Positions 12,257-21,837 of a stretch of DNA of 64,000 bases are shown one piece after another. The notes under the pieces are model-generated. The model was not told the DNA's origin and did not search any database. It worked only from the letters and a program-made list of their open reading frames with translations. Every line of letters starts with the position of its first letter. Within the stretch, counting starts at the first letter, position 1. The position numbers were made by a program, and so were the translations under genes. The stretch comes from Planctomycetota bacterium (lineage in GTDB: Bacteria; Planctomycetota; UBA11346): assembly GCA_038231435.1 (NCBI GenBank), contig JBBRLJ010000021.1, forward strand, positions 31,868 through 95,867, in the 5' to 3' direction.

Positions 12257-12967
12257 ATGGCCGGCAAACCGCATGCGGTCTACCTGCACGGCTTCGGCTC
12301 GAGCCCGCGCAGCGCGAAGGGAGTCGCGCTCGGCAAGCGGCTCGCCGGAAGCGTTTCCAGCTTTCGCATCCCCGACCTCGAAGCCGGCGATTTCCGTGGT
12401 CTGACCATGGACATGCTCGCTGAGCGCGCCAGCCGCGCGCTCGCTGACCTGCCCGATGACGGAACGCCCGCCCTGCTGATCGGTTCGAGCCTCGGCGGCT
12501 ACACCGCCGCCTGGATCGCCGCGGCCGGTCGCGCGCCGCGCGCCGCGGCGCTGCTCCTGATCGCGCCGGCCTTCGGCTTCACCGACACCTGGACGCAGCG
12601 CCTCGGCGAAGCCGGGGTCGCGCAGTGGAAGCAGGCGGGCGAGCGCATGTTCTTCCACCACGGAGCCGAACGCGACCTGCCGCTCGGGGTCGCCTTCCAC
12701 GATAGCTGCGTGCCCTTGCCCGCGCTGCCGCCGCAGGCGCCGGTGCCGATCACCATCGTCCACGGCCGCCAGGACCAGAGCGTCGACCACCGCCAGAGCG
12801 CGCGCTACGCGCTCGAGCGCGAACGCGTGGAATTGCACCTGGTCGAGGGCGATCACCGCCTCACCGAGCAGCGCCATGAGGACCTGATCGTGTGGTGCGC
12901 CCAGGACCTGCTGGTTGGGTTGGGGGGCTACGGCCTCCGACCGGCAATTGCCCCACTGGGCACGTGA
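12257..12967 (+). CDS. YqiA/YcfP-family alpha/beta hydrolase (esterase)
   Basis: YLHGFGSSP, GSSLGG nucleophile elbow, HGRQD, GDH. Confidence 0.9.
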   Translation: MAGKPHAVYLHGFGSSPRSAKGVALGKRLAGSVSSFRIPDLEAGDFRGLTMDMLAERASRALADLPDDGTPALLIGSSLGGYTAAWIAAAGRAPRAAALLLIAPAFGFTDTWTQRLGEAGVAQWKQAGERMFFHHGAERDLPLGVAFHDSCVPLPALPPQAPVPITIVHGRQDQSVDHRQSARYALERERVELHLVEGDHRLTEQRHEDLIVWCAQDLLVGLGGYGLRPAIAPLGT

Positions 12968-13107
12968 GATCGCTTCGCGATCCCCCCAGCATCGCGCGTC
13001 CGCGCTGCCCCCCAAAGAGCCAACGGGAAGGGTAGGATTGGAGCAGGGCGCTTCGCGCTGCACCATGCGCCAAATATGGGTGAAGTGCCGAGAGTCGAAT
13101 GCGTCGC

Positions 13108-14535
13108 TCAGCCAACGAATGGGATCGCCGCGATGACGCGCTGCCATTGCTCTGGCTGGTTTTTCTGCGCGGTCGGGATCTCGACCACCGTCACCGGGGC
13201 CGCGCCGCGCGGTCGCCAGGCGATCGGGAAGGCGGGATCGGCGTAGCCGGTGAAGGCGACCACCACCGGCACGCCGAGCGCGGCGGCGAGATGATGTCCC
13301 ACGCTGTCGTAGCTGAGCGCGAGACGCGAACAGGCCAGCGCGGCGGCCCAGCCGGCGATCGAGCCATGGAAGCGCAGCACCGGCTCGGCGGCAAGCGAAT
13401 CAGCGGCCAGCGCCGTGACCGGCTCGCCCAGCCCCTTGGCGCTGTCGTCGAGATCACGCGCCCGCCAGCCGAGTGCTGCAAGCACCGCATCGCTGTTGGC
13501 GAGCTCTTCGTCGCCGAAACCGCGGTCGAGCAGCACGCGCCAGCCGCGCGCGCGCAGGGCGCGCAGCAGCTCGATCTCGGCTGGGCGAGGCAGGGCCTTG
13601 GCCGGATTTCCGCCATGGTCGAGCTTGACCGCCGCGAGGGGAGCCGGACCGAATGCGGCGGCGAAGCGTTGGCGCTGCGCCGACGCGGCGGCGTCGAGCC
13701 CGATCGATGGCAGCGCGGCCGGCAGCAGGGGCAGCGACAGCCGTCGCGCGAGCCATTCGTCGAAGAGCTCGGCCAGTCCACGCGGCGCACCGGCGGGCTG
13801 CAGATTCTCCCACAGCATGTACGAGCGCTCATCGGCGGTGACCGGCAGCACGCCGAGCTGGTCGAGCCGTGAATCGGGGCTCAGCACCAGATCCGGCGCC
13901 TCGGCGCGTACCGCCTCGACCACCGCCAGCCAGCTCGCCAGGCGCTCGTGCAACGCGCCGCGTCGCGCGTACGAGAGCGCGCGCACGCGCACCCGCGGCA
14001 GCCCGCCGAACAGCCCCGCCAGCTTGGTGTCGCCCAGGAGCACCAGCTCGGCGGCCGGATAGCGCTGGGCCAGGCGCGCGAGCGCCACCGAGGCGAGCAG
14101 GATGTCGGCGCCGATAGTGACGCGGCTGAGCACCAGCACCGTGCGCGCGCTGGCGGGCACGGCGTGGGCGCCCGCGCGCGCGCGCGCGTAGCGCTCGCGC
14201 AACCCTGCCTGATCGCGGATGCCGAAGCCGGCCAAGGCTTCCGCGAGCGCGGGTGCGCGCGCGCATGAACGCCACGCGATGCGCGCGAACAGCGCAGCAT
14301 AGGCGGCGCGCCCCGCGGGCGTGAAGGCATCATTGAGCGGCTCGATCAGTCCGCCGAAGAGCGCGGCGATGCCGGCGGAGCGCACCGATTCGTCATCGTG
14401 GTCGGCGGCATCGGCGAGCGCGTCGGCGTGGACCAGCGCCGGCGCGTCGGCGCGGGCGAGCGCGGACTCGACCTGTCGCTGGTCGAGTCCGCGTAGGCTC
14501 TCGAGGATGGCCGCGGCATGCTCGGCGGGAGTCAT
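13108..14535 (-). CDS. Glycosyltransferase family 9 (heptosyltransferase-like) with N-terminal extension
   Basis: IGADILLASVALARLAQRYPAAEL and SYDSVGHHLAAALGVPVV match GT9 motifs. Confidence 0.75.
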   Translation of the reverse strand: MTPAEHAAAILESLRGLDQRQVESALARADAPALVHADALADAADHDDESVRSAGIAALFGGLIEPLNDAFTPAGRAAYAALFARIAWRSCARAPALAEALAGFGIRDQAGLRERYARARAGAHAVPASARTVLVLSRVTIGADILLASVALARLAQRYPAAELVLLGDTKLAGLFGGLPRVRVRALSYARRGALHERLASWLAVVEAVRAEAPDLVLSPDSRLDQLGVLPVTADERSYMLWENLQPAGAPRGLAELFDEWLARRLSLPLLPAALPSIGLDAAASAQRQRFAAAFGPAPLAAVKLDHGGNPAKALPRPAEIELLRALRARGWRVLLDRGFGDEELANSDAVLAALGWRARDLDDSAKGLGEPVTALAADSLAAEPVLRFHGSIAGWAAALACSRLALSYDSVGHHLAAALGVPVVVAFTGYADPAFPIAWRPRGAAPVTVVEIPTAQKNQPEQWQRVIAAIPFVG

Positions 14536-14656
14536 GGCGACACGCTACGATCCATCCGGCCCACGCCAGCCTCTGCCCGCGCTCTCGGCCAGCGCCTGAT
14601 AGAGCCGCGCGCGTGGTGAACGTGGCGGGAGTGCCGGCCCGAGGTAGGCTGCGTCC

Positions 14657-15028
14657 ATGCTCGGCCTCCTCGTCGTCGACCACGGCAGCCGCCTCCCCGG
14701 CGCGAACGCCCAGCTCGAGGACATCGCCGCGCGGCTGCGCGTGCTGCGCCCCGACGACCGGGTCGAGCACGCGCACATGGAGCTGTGCGAGCCGACCATA
14801 CCGCAGGCGCTTACCCGCTTGGCCGCCGCGGGGGCTACGCGCGTCCACGTGCTGCCATACTTCCTCAGCGAGGGTCGCCACAGCCGTGAGGACATTCCTC
14901 GGCTGTGCGCCGAAGCCGCGCGCGACCTCCCCGGCGTGACCGTGACGGTCGCGCCGGCGCTCGGGCCCGATGACGCGCTCGCGAGACTGCTGCTGGTGCG
15001 CGCCGGGCTCGGCGCCGACCGGCCGTGA
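14657..15028 (+). CDS. Single-domain CbiX/SirB-type chelatase
   Basis: VDHGSR, AHMEL.EP, PYFLSEGRH. Confidence 0.85.
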   Translation: MLGLLVVDHGSRLPGANAQLEDIAARLRVLRPDDRVEHAHMELCEPTIPQALTRLAAAGATRVHVLPYFLSEGRHSREDIPRLCAEAARDLPGVTVTVAPALGPDDALARLLLVRAGLGADRP

Positions 15029-16182
15029 TCTATCTCGATTACAATGCCTCCGCGCCGGTGCGGCCCGAGGCGCGCGCCGCATGGCTGTCGGCCCAGGACG
15101 AGGATTGGGGCAACCCCGGATCGATCCACGGCCAGGGCCAGCGCGCGCGCCACCGCCTCGATCACGCGAAGGCGCAGCTCGCGGGCGAACTCGGCTGCAA
15201 GGCCCATGAGCTGGTCATCACCAGCGGCGGAACCGAGGCCAACGCCACCGCGATCCATGCCGCCTTGGCGGGTGCCGGAGACGACCAGGGGGCCGAGGCG
15301 GAGATCGTCGCCAGTGCGATCGATCACAGCTCGGTGCTGCGCAACATCCAGGCGAGGATGCCGCTGCATCCTCGGGCGCGCACGCGCACGTTGCCCGTCG
15401 ATAGCTGCGGTCGCCTGGCCGCGGCGACGCTGGCGGCCGCGGTGTCGTCCGTGACACGCCTGGTGTGCTTCCAGTTCGCCAACAACGAGACGGGCACGCA
15501 GCAAGAGGTTCCAGCTCTGGTGGCGGCCGTGCGCGCGACGAATCCCCACACGCTGGTGCTGCTCGATTGCTGCCAGGGCGCCGGCAAGCGTCCGCTGGAA
15601 CTGCGCGACCTGGGCGTGGATTTCGCGTCGATCGCCGGTCACAAGTTTGGCGCGCCCAAGGGTGTCGGCGCGCTCTACGTGCGCTCTGGCGTCAAGCTCC
15701 CGCCGATGATCTCCGGCGGGCGCCAGCAGCAGGACCGCCGCTCGGGGACTGAGGACCCCGCCTTGGCCGCGGCGCTGGCCGCGGCGCTGGTGGCGGCGAA
15801 CGCCAGCTGGGCCGCCGAGGACGTGCGCCAGCGCGCGCTGCTCGACCGCGCGTGGGAACGAATCTCGACCACGAGTCCAGGCGCGCGTTGGATCGCGCGC
15901 GACGCGCTGCGCTTGGCCAACACCCTGAGCCTCGGCCATGCCGGTGGCACGCGCGAGCACTTGGTGACGCGCCTCGATCTCGCCGGCTTCGCGGTCTCGA
16001 CGGGCGCTGCCTGCATGGCGGCGCGCGGCGACCCCAGCCACGTCATCGCGGCGCTCGGCATCGATCCCGCGCTCGCGCGCAGCGTCATCCGCGTGTCCAT
16101 CGGCCCAGGCACCAGCGCGGACGATATGGACGCCTTCTCTGCCGCGTATGCGCGCGAGGTCGCGGCGCTCGCGGCGAACTGA
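15025..16182 (+). CDS. Cysteine desulfurase, IscS/NifS family
   Basis: IYLDYNA, TSGGTEA, ANNETG, GHKFGAPKG (PLP Lys), STGAAC (catalytic Cys). GTGA overlap with the upstream gene. Confidence 0.92.
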   Translation: MIYLDYNASAPVRPEARAAWLSAQDEDWGNPGSIHGQGQRARHRLDHAKAQLAGELGCKAHELVITSGGTEANATAIHAALAGAGDDQGAEAEIVASAIDHSSVLRNIQARMPLHPRARTRTLPVDSCGRLAAATLAAAVSSVTRLVCFQFANNETGTQQEVPALVAAVRATNPHTLVLLDCCQGAGKRPLELRDLGVDFASIAGHKFGAPKGVGALYVRSGVKLPPMISGGRQQQDRRSGTEDPALAAALAAALVAANASWAAEDVRQRALLDRAWERISTTSPGARWIARDALRLANTLSLGHAGGTREHLVTRLDLAGFAVSTGAACMAARGDPSHVIAALGIDPALARSVIRVSIGPGTSADDMDAFSAAYAREVAALAAN

Positions 16183-16360
16183 GTCCTGCCCGTTTCTACT
16201 CGCCGTCAGCAGGCCGGGAGCCGTGGCCCCGCTCATGGCCCATCTTCCATGAGCGGGAATAGCGGGCTTAGCGGGATTCGCCGAGATCAGCCAAGGCCGT
16301 TCCCGGACACCGCCAGGACGCTGCTCCTGGACCGCGCAGATCGTGCCCGTACCGTCCCGC

Positions 16361-16873
16361 ATGGAACTGCGAGCCCACATCCGCGACGTCCCCGATTTCC
16401 CCAAGAAGGGCATCGTCTTCAAGGACATCACGCCGATGCTCGGCAATCCCCAGGCACTCGCGCACGTGGTGCAGGCGATGGCGTCGCACTACCAGGGCAA
16501 GGGCATCACCAAGGTGGTCGGCATCGAGAGCCGCGGCTTCATCTTCGCGCCGCCGATCGCCATCGCGCTGGGCGCCGGCTTCGTACCGATCCGCAAGCCG
16601 GGCAAGCTGCCGTGGAAATCGAGACGCCAGGCCTACGGCCTCGAATACGGCACCGACGTCATCGAGATCCACGACGACGCGGTGTCGGATAAGGACACCG
16701 TGCTGATGGTCGACGACGTGCTCGCCACTGGCGGCACCATGGAGGCAGCCTGCAAGCTGGTGCGCCTGCTGGGCGGCAAGGTCCACGGCTGCGCCTTCGC
16801 CATCGACCTCGCTTTCCTGGGCGGTGCCAAGCGTCTGGACGTTCCGGTCTTTTCCGTCATCGAATATGCCTGA
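16361..16873 (+). CDS. apt: Adenine phosphoribosyltransferase
   Basis: PDFPKKGIVFKDIT, IESRGF, RKPGKLP, LEYG, VDDVLATGGT. Confidence 0.97.
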   Translation: MELRAHIRDVPDFPKKGIVFKDITPMLGNPQALAHVVQAMASHYQGKGITKVVGIESRGFIFAPPIAIALGAGFVPIRKPGKLPWKSRRQAYGLEYGTDVIEIHDDAVSDKDTVLMVDDVLATGGTMEAACKLVRLLGGKVHGCAFAIDLAFLGGAKRLDVPVFSVIEYA

Positions 16874-16898
16874 TAGTGCCTGGTAGTGTTTTCCGCCT

Positions 16899-16971
16899 GA
16901 CCCCGTAGCTCAGCGGATAGAGCGGTGGTTTCCTAAACCGCAGGTCGCAGGTTCAATTCCTGCCGGGGTCG
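16899..16971 (+). tRNA. tRNA-Arg(CCT), CCA end not encoded
   Basis: Acceptor stem GACCCCG/CGGGGTC, D arm GCTC..GAGC, anticodon arm GTGGT-TTCCTAA-ACCGC, T arm GCAGG-TTCAATT-CCTGC. Confidence 0.97.
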
Positions 16972-17086
16972 CTTCCTTACCTCTACTCCGGCCGTCGGCC
17001 GCGCTCGCCCGCCTGTCCTCCCAACGAGGCGGCGGCATCGAGATGGAACGTATCCGCTCTCGCCGACCTTGACGAGGGGAGTCGCC

Positions 17087-17638
17087 ATGCCCGATCGCGT
17101 CCTGATCTCCTTCGGCTGGATCGTCCTCGCGCTACCGATGCTCGCGCTTCCCATCGCTCTGGCCGATGGTGCCGACACGTCGCAGGAGACGGCCGCGCCG
17201 GCGATCGCTCCGGTCCCTGACGATCTGCGCATCCGGCTCGATGAGCTCCACTGGCCGGTGACCGAGCTGCGCGACGGCAAGCTCTGCCTGCTGTGGAAGA
17301 AGGGGGACGATACCGAGAAGTTCCCGGCCGCGCTCGGACGCGTCGAGGCGACCGAGATCGTGTGGAAGCACACATTCTATCCGATCACCTCGATGACCGT
17401 GCTCGCGACATCGAAGTCGGTGCTGGGCACCGACGCCGCGTCGGCGGTGCGCATCGACTTCGCGCTCGGCACCCTCGAGCTGCGCGTCCACGGCCAGCAC
17501 CCGGCGCAGAGCGAGGGCGCCTTCACGCCCGGCGACGGTACGCCGGTCCAACGCTTCCGTACCGGCGGCAACTGGGGGCAGGGCATGGACATGATCGAGG
17601 ATGCGGCCTCGGCTCCGCCGCCGGTCAAGAAGCCGTGA
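17087..17638 (+). CDS. Hypothetical exported protein
   Basis: GGGGAG RBS, signal-peptide-like N-terminus, typical codon bias. Confidence 0.6.
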   Translation: MPDRVLISFGWIVLALPMLALPIALADGADTSQETAAPAIAPVPDDLRIRLDELHWPVTELRDGKLCLLWKKGDDTEKFPAALGRVEATEIVWKHTFYPITSMTVLATSKSVLGTDAASAVRIDFALGTLELRVHGQHPAQSEGAFTPGDGTPVQRFRTGGNWGQGMDMIEDAASAPPPVKKP

Positions 17639-17750
17639 GGGAGCCGCCTTCGGGCCTCCTGGCGCGCTGGGAGCGCTGAGCGCGCGTCACAAGGCCGCCG
17701 GAGCATGCCGTTTCCGTTTGCCGGGGCACGCCAGGGGGGCACCATCCGCC

Positions 17751-19700
17751 ATGCTCAGATTCCCGCGCTTCCTTCACCTAATTGTCGCCGCGCTCCCGGC
17801 CGCCTGCCCGTTCTTCGTGGCCGAGGCGCTGCCGGCCGCCGAATTGTCGGGGGTGAAGGTCGAGTCCAAGCCGTTCGTGCTGCAGACCGACGTCGGCAAG
17901 ACGCCAGCAGAGCAGCAGAAGACCGCTGCGAAGTTCCTCAGGCCGATCACCGAGACGGCGAATTTCTTCCTCAAGGTCTACGAGCTCAAGGGCACCTGCT
18001 TCGAGGACTACGCCAGCTTCTACGACCGGCCGCCCGAGCAGCACTTCGAGAAGCTCATCCGCGTGCGCATCTGGCGCAACTACGACGACTTCCTCGCCGA
18101 CTACCAGAAGCGCTACAAGACCAAGAGCCTGCCGGCGGCGTTCTTCGGCATCAACCGCCAGGTCGACGACTACGGCAAGGAAGGCGATCTGATCCGCGAG
18201 ATCGGCACCTCGACCGAAGGCGACAACGACCAGCAGGTGCTGCGCCATCTCTACCATGAGATGGGCCACCTGTTCATGCGCACCTTCATCGTCCGCCAGT
18301 GCGAGGTGCCAAGCTGGATCGAGGAAGGCACCGCCGAGCTGTTCCAGTACCGCAAGGGCAACGGCACCAAGCCCGAGGCGGAGCGCGATCAGCGCGAAGG
18401 CTGGCTGACCGAGATGGTCGCCGAGGGGACCTCGATCCCGTGGCAGGAGATGGTGAACGTCCACAACCTCGACAACCTCGACTTCACCTACAAGGACCCG
18501 ATGCGGTCGACCATCCAGTACGTGCAGGCGTGGTCGATGATCGAATTCATGGTCTCGAACCAGCAGCGGCAGAGCGCGTTCATCGCCATGCTGAAGAAAT
18601 TCAAGAGCGATGCCGAGAACTACGCGACGCAGCTGCAGGGCAAATCGCCGGAGGAGTTCCTCAAGATCTACGTGCCATACCTCTACACCATCCAGGAGGC
18701 CGCCTTCGAGAAATGCTACGGCAACAAGCTGCTGTCGATCGAGGCGAATTGGAAGGAATGGATCAAGAAGACCTATGACACCGAGGTGAAGAAGCATCCG
18801 ATCTTGCGCTATCATCGCGGCGAATGGTACGTGCTGCGGGCGCGCAATCCGAGGATGGGCGAGGCCGCCAAGGACCTGCTCGCCAAGGCCGAGACCATCT
18901 TCAACGAATGCGTGCAGCTGAATCCCGACAAGCCCGAGGGCTACGTGGGCCTCGGACGCCTGGCGCTGACGCGAGGCGACCTGAAGGCCGCCGAAGAGGG
19001 CTTCTCGAAGGCGCTCGGCCTCGGCTCCGAGAGCTATGATGCGCTGCTCTATGCTGGCATCGCGCGCGTTCTCGGCGGACGCTGCAAGGACGCCATCGAT
19101 CCGCTCACCAAGGCGGTCGAGCAGCGTCCGACCGACGCCGAGGGTCAGCGGTATCTTGGGCAGGCGCTCGCGGCAGGGGGCGGGGATCCCGAGCTGGCGC
19201 TGTCGCACCTGCGCGCCGCCCGCGACCTGGACGCCAACCAGGCGCCGAACTGCGCCTTCATCGAAGGCGGCGTGCAGTACATCGCGGGCCACGCTTCCGA
19301 TGCCTACATCAGCTGGCTGCGCACGGCGAATCTGCGCAGTGATTTCCCGATGATCCAGGTCTATCAGGCCATGGCGAAGGCCGCCAACAACCTGCCGGAC
19401 GATGCGCTCGAGCTGCTCAAGCCGATCGAGACGACGGCGGTCGGCAAGGCCTTCCACGATCTGATCGCCGCCGGCAAACCGCTGCCAAAGATGTCATTCA
19501 CCGTCGATGGCTGGCCGACCATCGACTGGGCGGCCGCCGGATTGCGTACCGCTGGCGATGCCGGCACGAACGACGGCGCACCCGACGCTAAGGAGAAGGA
19601 CTCCAAGGCGAAAACCGGTGAGAAGCCCTCGGGCGAGCTCGACGCCAATCCTCCAGCGGAGGGCAAGGACAGCCTGCTCGGGGGCGAACAGACGAAGTGA
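17751..19700 (+). CDS. Secreted HExxH metallopeptidase-like (DUF1570/gluzincin-type) protein with TPR repeats
   Basis: Signal peptide, LYHEMGH...WIEEGTAE, YVQAWSMIEF, C-terminal TPR-like repeats. Confidence 0.75.
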   Translation: MLRFPRFLHLIVAALPAACPFFVAEALPAAELSGVKVESKPFVLQTDVGKTPAEQQKTAAKFLRPITETANFFLKVYELKGTCFEDYASFYDRPPEQHFEKLIRVRIWRNYDDFLADYQKRYKTKSLPAAFFGINRQVDDYGKEGDLIREIGTSTEGDNDQQVLRHLYHEMGHLFMRTFIVRQCEVPSWIEEGTAELFQYRKGNGTKPEAERDQREGWLTEMVAEGTSIPWQEMVNVHNLDNLDFTYKDPMRSTIQYVQAWSMIEFMVSNQQRQSAFIAMLKKFKSDAENYATQLQGKSPEEFLKIYVPYLYTIQEAAFEKCYGNKLLSIEANWKEWIKKTYDTEVKKHPILRYHRGEWYVLRARNPRMGEAAKDLLAKAETIFNECVQLNPDKPEGYVGLGRLALTRGDLKAAEEGFSKALGLGSESYDALLYAGIARVLGGRCKDAIDPLTKAVEQRPTDAEGQRYLGQALAAGGGDPELALSHLRAARDLDANQAPNCAFIEGGVQYIAGHASDAYISWLRTANLRSDFPMIQVYQAMAKAANNLPDDALELLKPIETTAVGKAFHDLIAAGKPLPKMSFTVDGWPTIDWAAAGLRTAGDAGTNDGAPDAKEKDSKAKTGEKPSGELDANPPAEGKDSLLGGEQTK

Positions 19701-19773
19701 TCGCGGCGGCGCCGCTGTGTCCAGGGTGAGCCGATGTCGACGGTCCCCGCGGCGTGCTCACGATATAATCACC

Positions 19774-19942
19774 GCGGGCGAGCACGGGGCCTCCACCGCC
19801 AACACGGCCGGTCGACAGACTATGTCGATGGACACGTCGATCCGGCAATGCGGGAGCGATAGCCCTTAAGCGCAGTGCCTGGATCCGCTGAGTGCGGATT
19901 CGAGACCGCCTCACCACGAACTGGTGAGGCGGTCTTTTTTTT
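19774..19942 (+). ncRNA. Putative structured ncRNA (long irregular rod, possibly 6S/SsrS-like)
   Basis: Perfect TATAAT at 19764-19769, nested complementary blocks across 19774-19888, ends at an intrinsic terminator, no credible ORF. Confidence 0.5.
19903..19942 (+). terminator. Rho-independent terminator
   Basis: AGACCGCCTCACCA-cgaac-TGGTGAGGCGGTCT perfect 14-bp stem followed by a T run. Confidence 0.92.
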
Positions 19943-19953
19943 CCATACGCGCG

Positions 19954-20166
19954 CTAACGGCGTGCCTGGATGCGCTTGAGCGTCGAGAGGATCTGCTCCA
20001 ACTGCGTGATCGCCGAATCCAGGGCCTGGTCTGGATCGGGGGCCGGGGCCTGCTGGCGGACGGCGGCCTGGAGATTGTGGCTCGCGGTGTCGAGCAGCAG
20101 CCGCGTGTCTCCGAGCTCTTCGAGCGCGGCCTTGGAGAGTGGGCGTGGTTTCTTGGGAACGGTCAT
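19954..20166 (-). CDS. Small hypothetical helical protein
   Basis: GAGG upstream of ATG, 70 aa amphipathic helices, converges on the terminator. Confidence 0.5.
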   Translation of the reverse strand: MTVPKKPRPLSKAALEELGDTRLLLDTASHNLQAAVRQQAPAPDPDQALDSAITQLEQILSTLKRIQARR

Positions 20167-20355
20167 GCGCCCTCATCGTGCGTGGTTCCTCGTCCTCGCC
20201 AACCCCGCATCGGCAATGCCCATCTGGCTTCGATAATGCCGTTTGCAGCGATCGCCCGCCGAGCGGCGGAAGCCGCTAGGCCCGAACCGGCTCGAAACGG
20301 GGACGATGAATGCGAGAAGCGTTGGAATCGCGGATGGTCATCACCCGGGAGCGGC

Positions 20356-20371
20356 TGGCATGGAGATTGCT
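20356..20371 (+). promoter_or_regulatory. Sigma-54 (-24/-12) promoter
   Basis: TGGCATGGAGATTGCT (GG-N10-GC) ~140 bp upstream of the glycosyltransferase. Confidence 0.75.
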
Positions 20372-20510
20372 CATCGCGGCCACGCCAGCGACGCATCTAC
20401 GTTCGAGCCGGCCTGTGCATGAGGGCGAAACGAGCGCTTGAGCGTCGAAGCAGTCTACGACACGACGTGGCCGCCTGTCCGGCCACGACACCGCATACAG
20501 GAGTGGAACG

Positions 20511-21833
20511 ATGACCGGTTTCCCGCACCCCGATGGCGCCTCGAACACCGAAGACGAGCCGAACCGCCCGATCCGCTCGTCCCATCCGGCGCTTCCCTCC
20601 ACCTCACATCCTTCTCCGCGCCGTGAGTTCACCCGCCATCTCGCCGAGTCCTTCGAGATCCAGATCCAGGGGCGTCCCGACGTGGTGTGCTTTTCGCACC
20701 TGCGCTGGGACTTCGTCTTCCAGCGTCCCCAGCACCTGCTGACCAGGTCCGCCAAGGATCGCCACGTCTTCTACATCGAGGAACCGATCTTCGACGCGGT
20801 GGACAGCGACACCATGCAATGCGTCACTCGCGAAGGCGGGGTGATCGTCGTGACTCCGCATCTGCACCCGGGGCTGCCGGAGCGCGAAATCGCCGATCGT
20901 CAACGCAACATGGTCAATGACCTGCTGCGCGAGCGGGAGATTTCGGATTACATCCTCTGGTACTACACGCCGATGGCGATGGGCTTCACGCGGCATCTCT
21001 TCCCGCGCTTGGTGGTGTGGGATTGCATGGATGAGCTGTCGGCGTTCGCGGGTGCCCCGCCGGCGCTGCTCGAGCGCGAGAAGCAGCTGCTCGCCTGGGC
21101 CGATCTGGTGTTCACGGGCGGCCAGAGCCTCTACGAAGCGAAGCGAGACCGCCACGACCATGTGCATGCGTTTCCCGGCTCGATCGATGGAGCGCATTTC
21201 GCCAAGGCCCGCCGCCCGCAGGGCGATTCGGCGGACCAGGCGAACATCCCGCACCCGCGCATCGGCTTCTATGGCGTCATCGACGAGCGGCTCGACATCG
21301 ACCTGCTGGGCAAGATGGCCGAGCTGCGCCCGGATTGGCACTGGGTGCTGATCGGGCCGGTGGTCAAGATCGATCCGCGATCGCTGCCGCGCGCGGCCAA
21401 CATCCATTACCTCGGTAAGAAGGACTATGGGCAGCTCCCGAACTATCTCTCGGGTTGGGACGCCGCGATGCTGCCGTTCGCGCGCAACGAATCGACGCGC
21501 TTCATCAGCCCGACCAAGACTCCGGAATACCTGGCTGCCGGACGGCCGGTGGCGTCAACCTCGATCAAGGACGTGGTGCGGCCATATGCCGACGCCAACC
21601 TGGTGCGCATCGCCGACGAGCCTGCGGGCTTCATCGCCGCTCTCGAGGCGGCTATGGCGGAAGGGGCTGATTCGCGATGGCTGTCGCGCATCGACGAATT
21701 CCTGTCCGGGAACTCGTGGGACAGGACCCATGCCGACATGCTCGCGCTGGTCGAGGCCGCCCTCGACGGGAAGACCTCGTCCGCGCAGCGCGCCGAGACC
21801 GTCGCCCTGCGCCGCCCAGGTCCGGTGACCTGA
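20511..21833 (+). CDS. GT-B glycosyltransferase of the type usually paired with UDP-galactopyranose mutase
   Basis: CFSHLRWDFVFQRPQHL, WYYTPMA, DCMDELSAF, GVIDERLD, FISPTKTPEYLAAG. Confidence 0.9.
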   Translation: MTGFPHPDGASNTEDEPNRPIRSSHPALPSTSHPSPRREFTRHLAESFEIQIQGRPDVVCFSHLRWDFVFQRPQHLLTRSAKDRHVFYIEEPIFDAVDSDTMQCVTREGGVIVVTPHLHPGLPEREIADRQRNMVNDLLREREISDYILWYYTPMAMGFTRHLFPRLVVWDCMDELSAFAGAPPALLEREKQLLAWADLVFTGGQSLYEAKRDRHDHVHAFPGSIDGAHFAKARRPQGDSADQANIPHPRIGFYGVIDERLDIDLLGKMAELRPDWHWVLIGPVVKIDPRSLPRAANIHYLGKKDYGQLPNYLSGWDAAMLPFARNESTRFISPTKTPEYLAAGRPVASTSIKDVVRPYADANLVRIADEPAGFIAALEAAMAEGADSRWLSRIDEFLSGNSWDRTHADMLALVEAALDGKTSSAQRAETVALRRPGPVT

Positions 21834-21837
21834 GGCG

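Noticed and set aside
16899..17100. tRNA-Arg as an island integration site
   Set aside because: No integrase next to it and no duplicate of the tRNA 3' end seen in the window.
19786..19800. GCCTCCACC resembling a tmRNA/tRNA 3' end
   Set aside because: No preceding T-arm (GGTTCGA) and no acceptor-stem partner.
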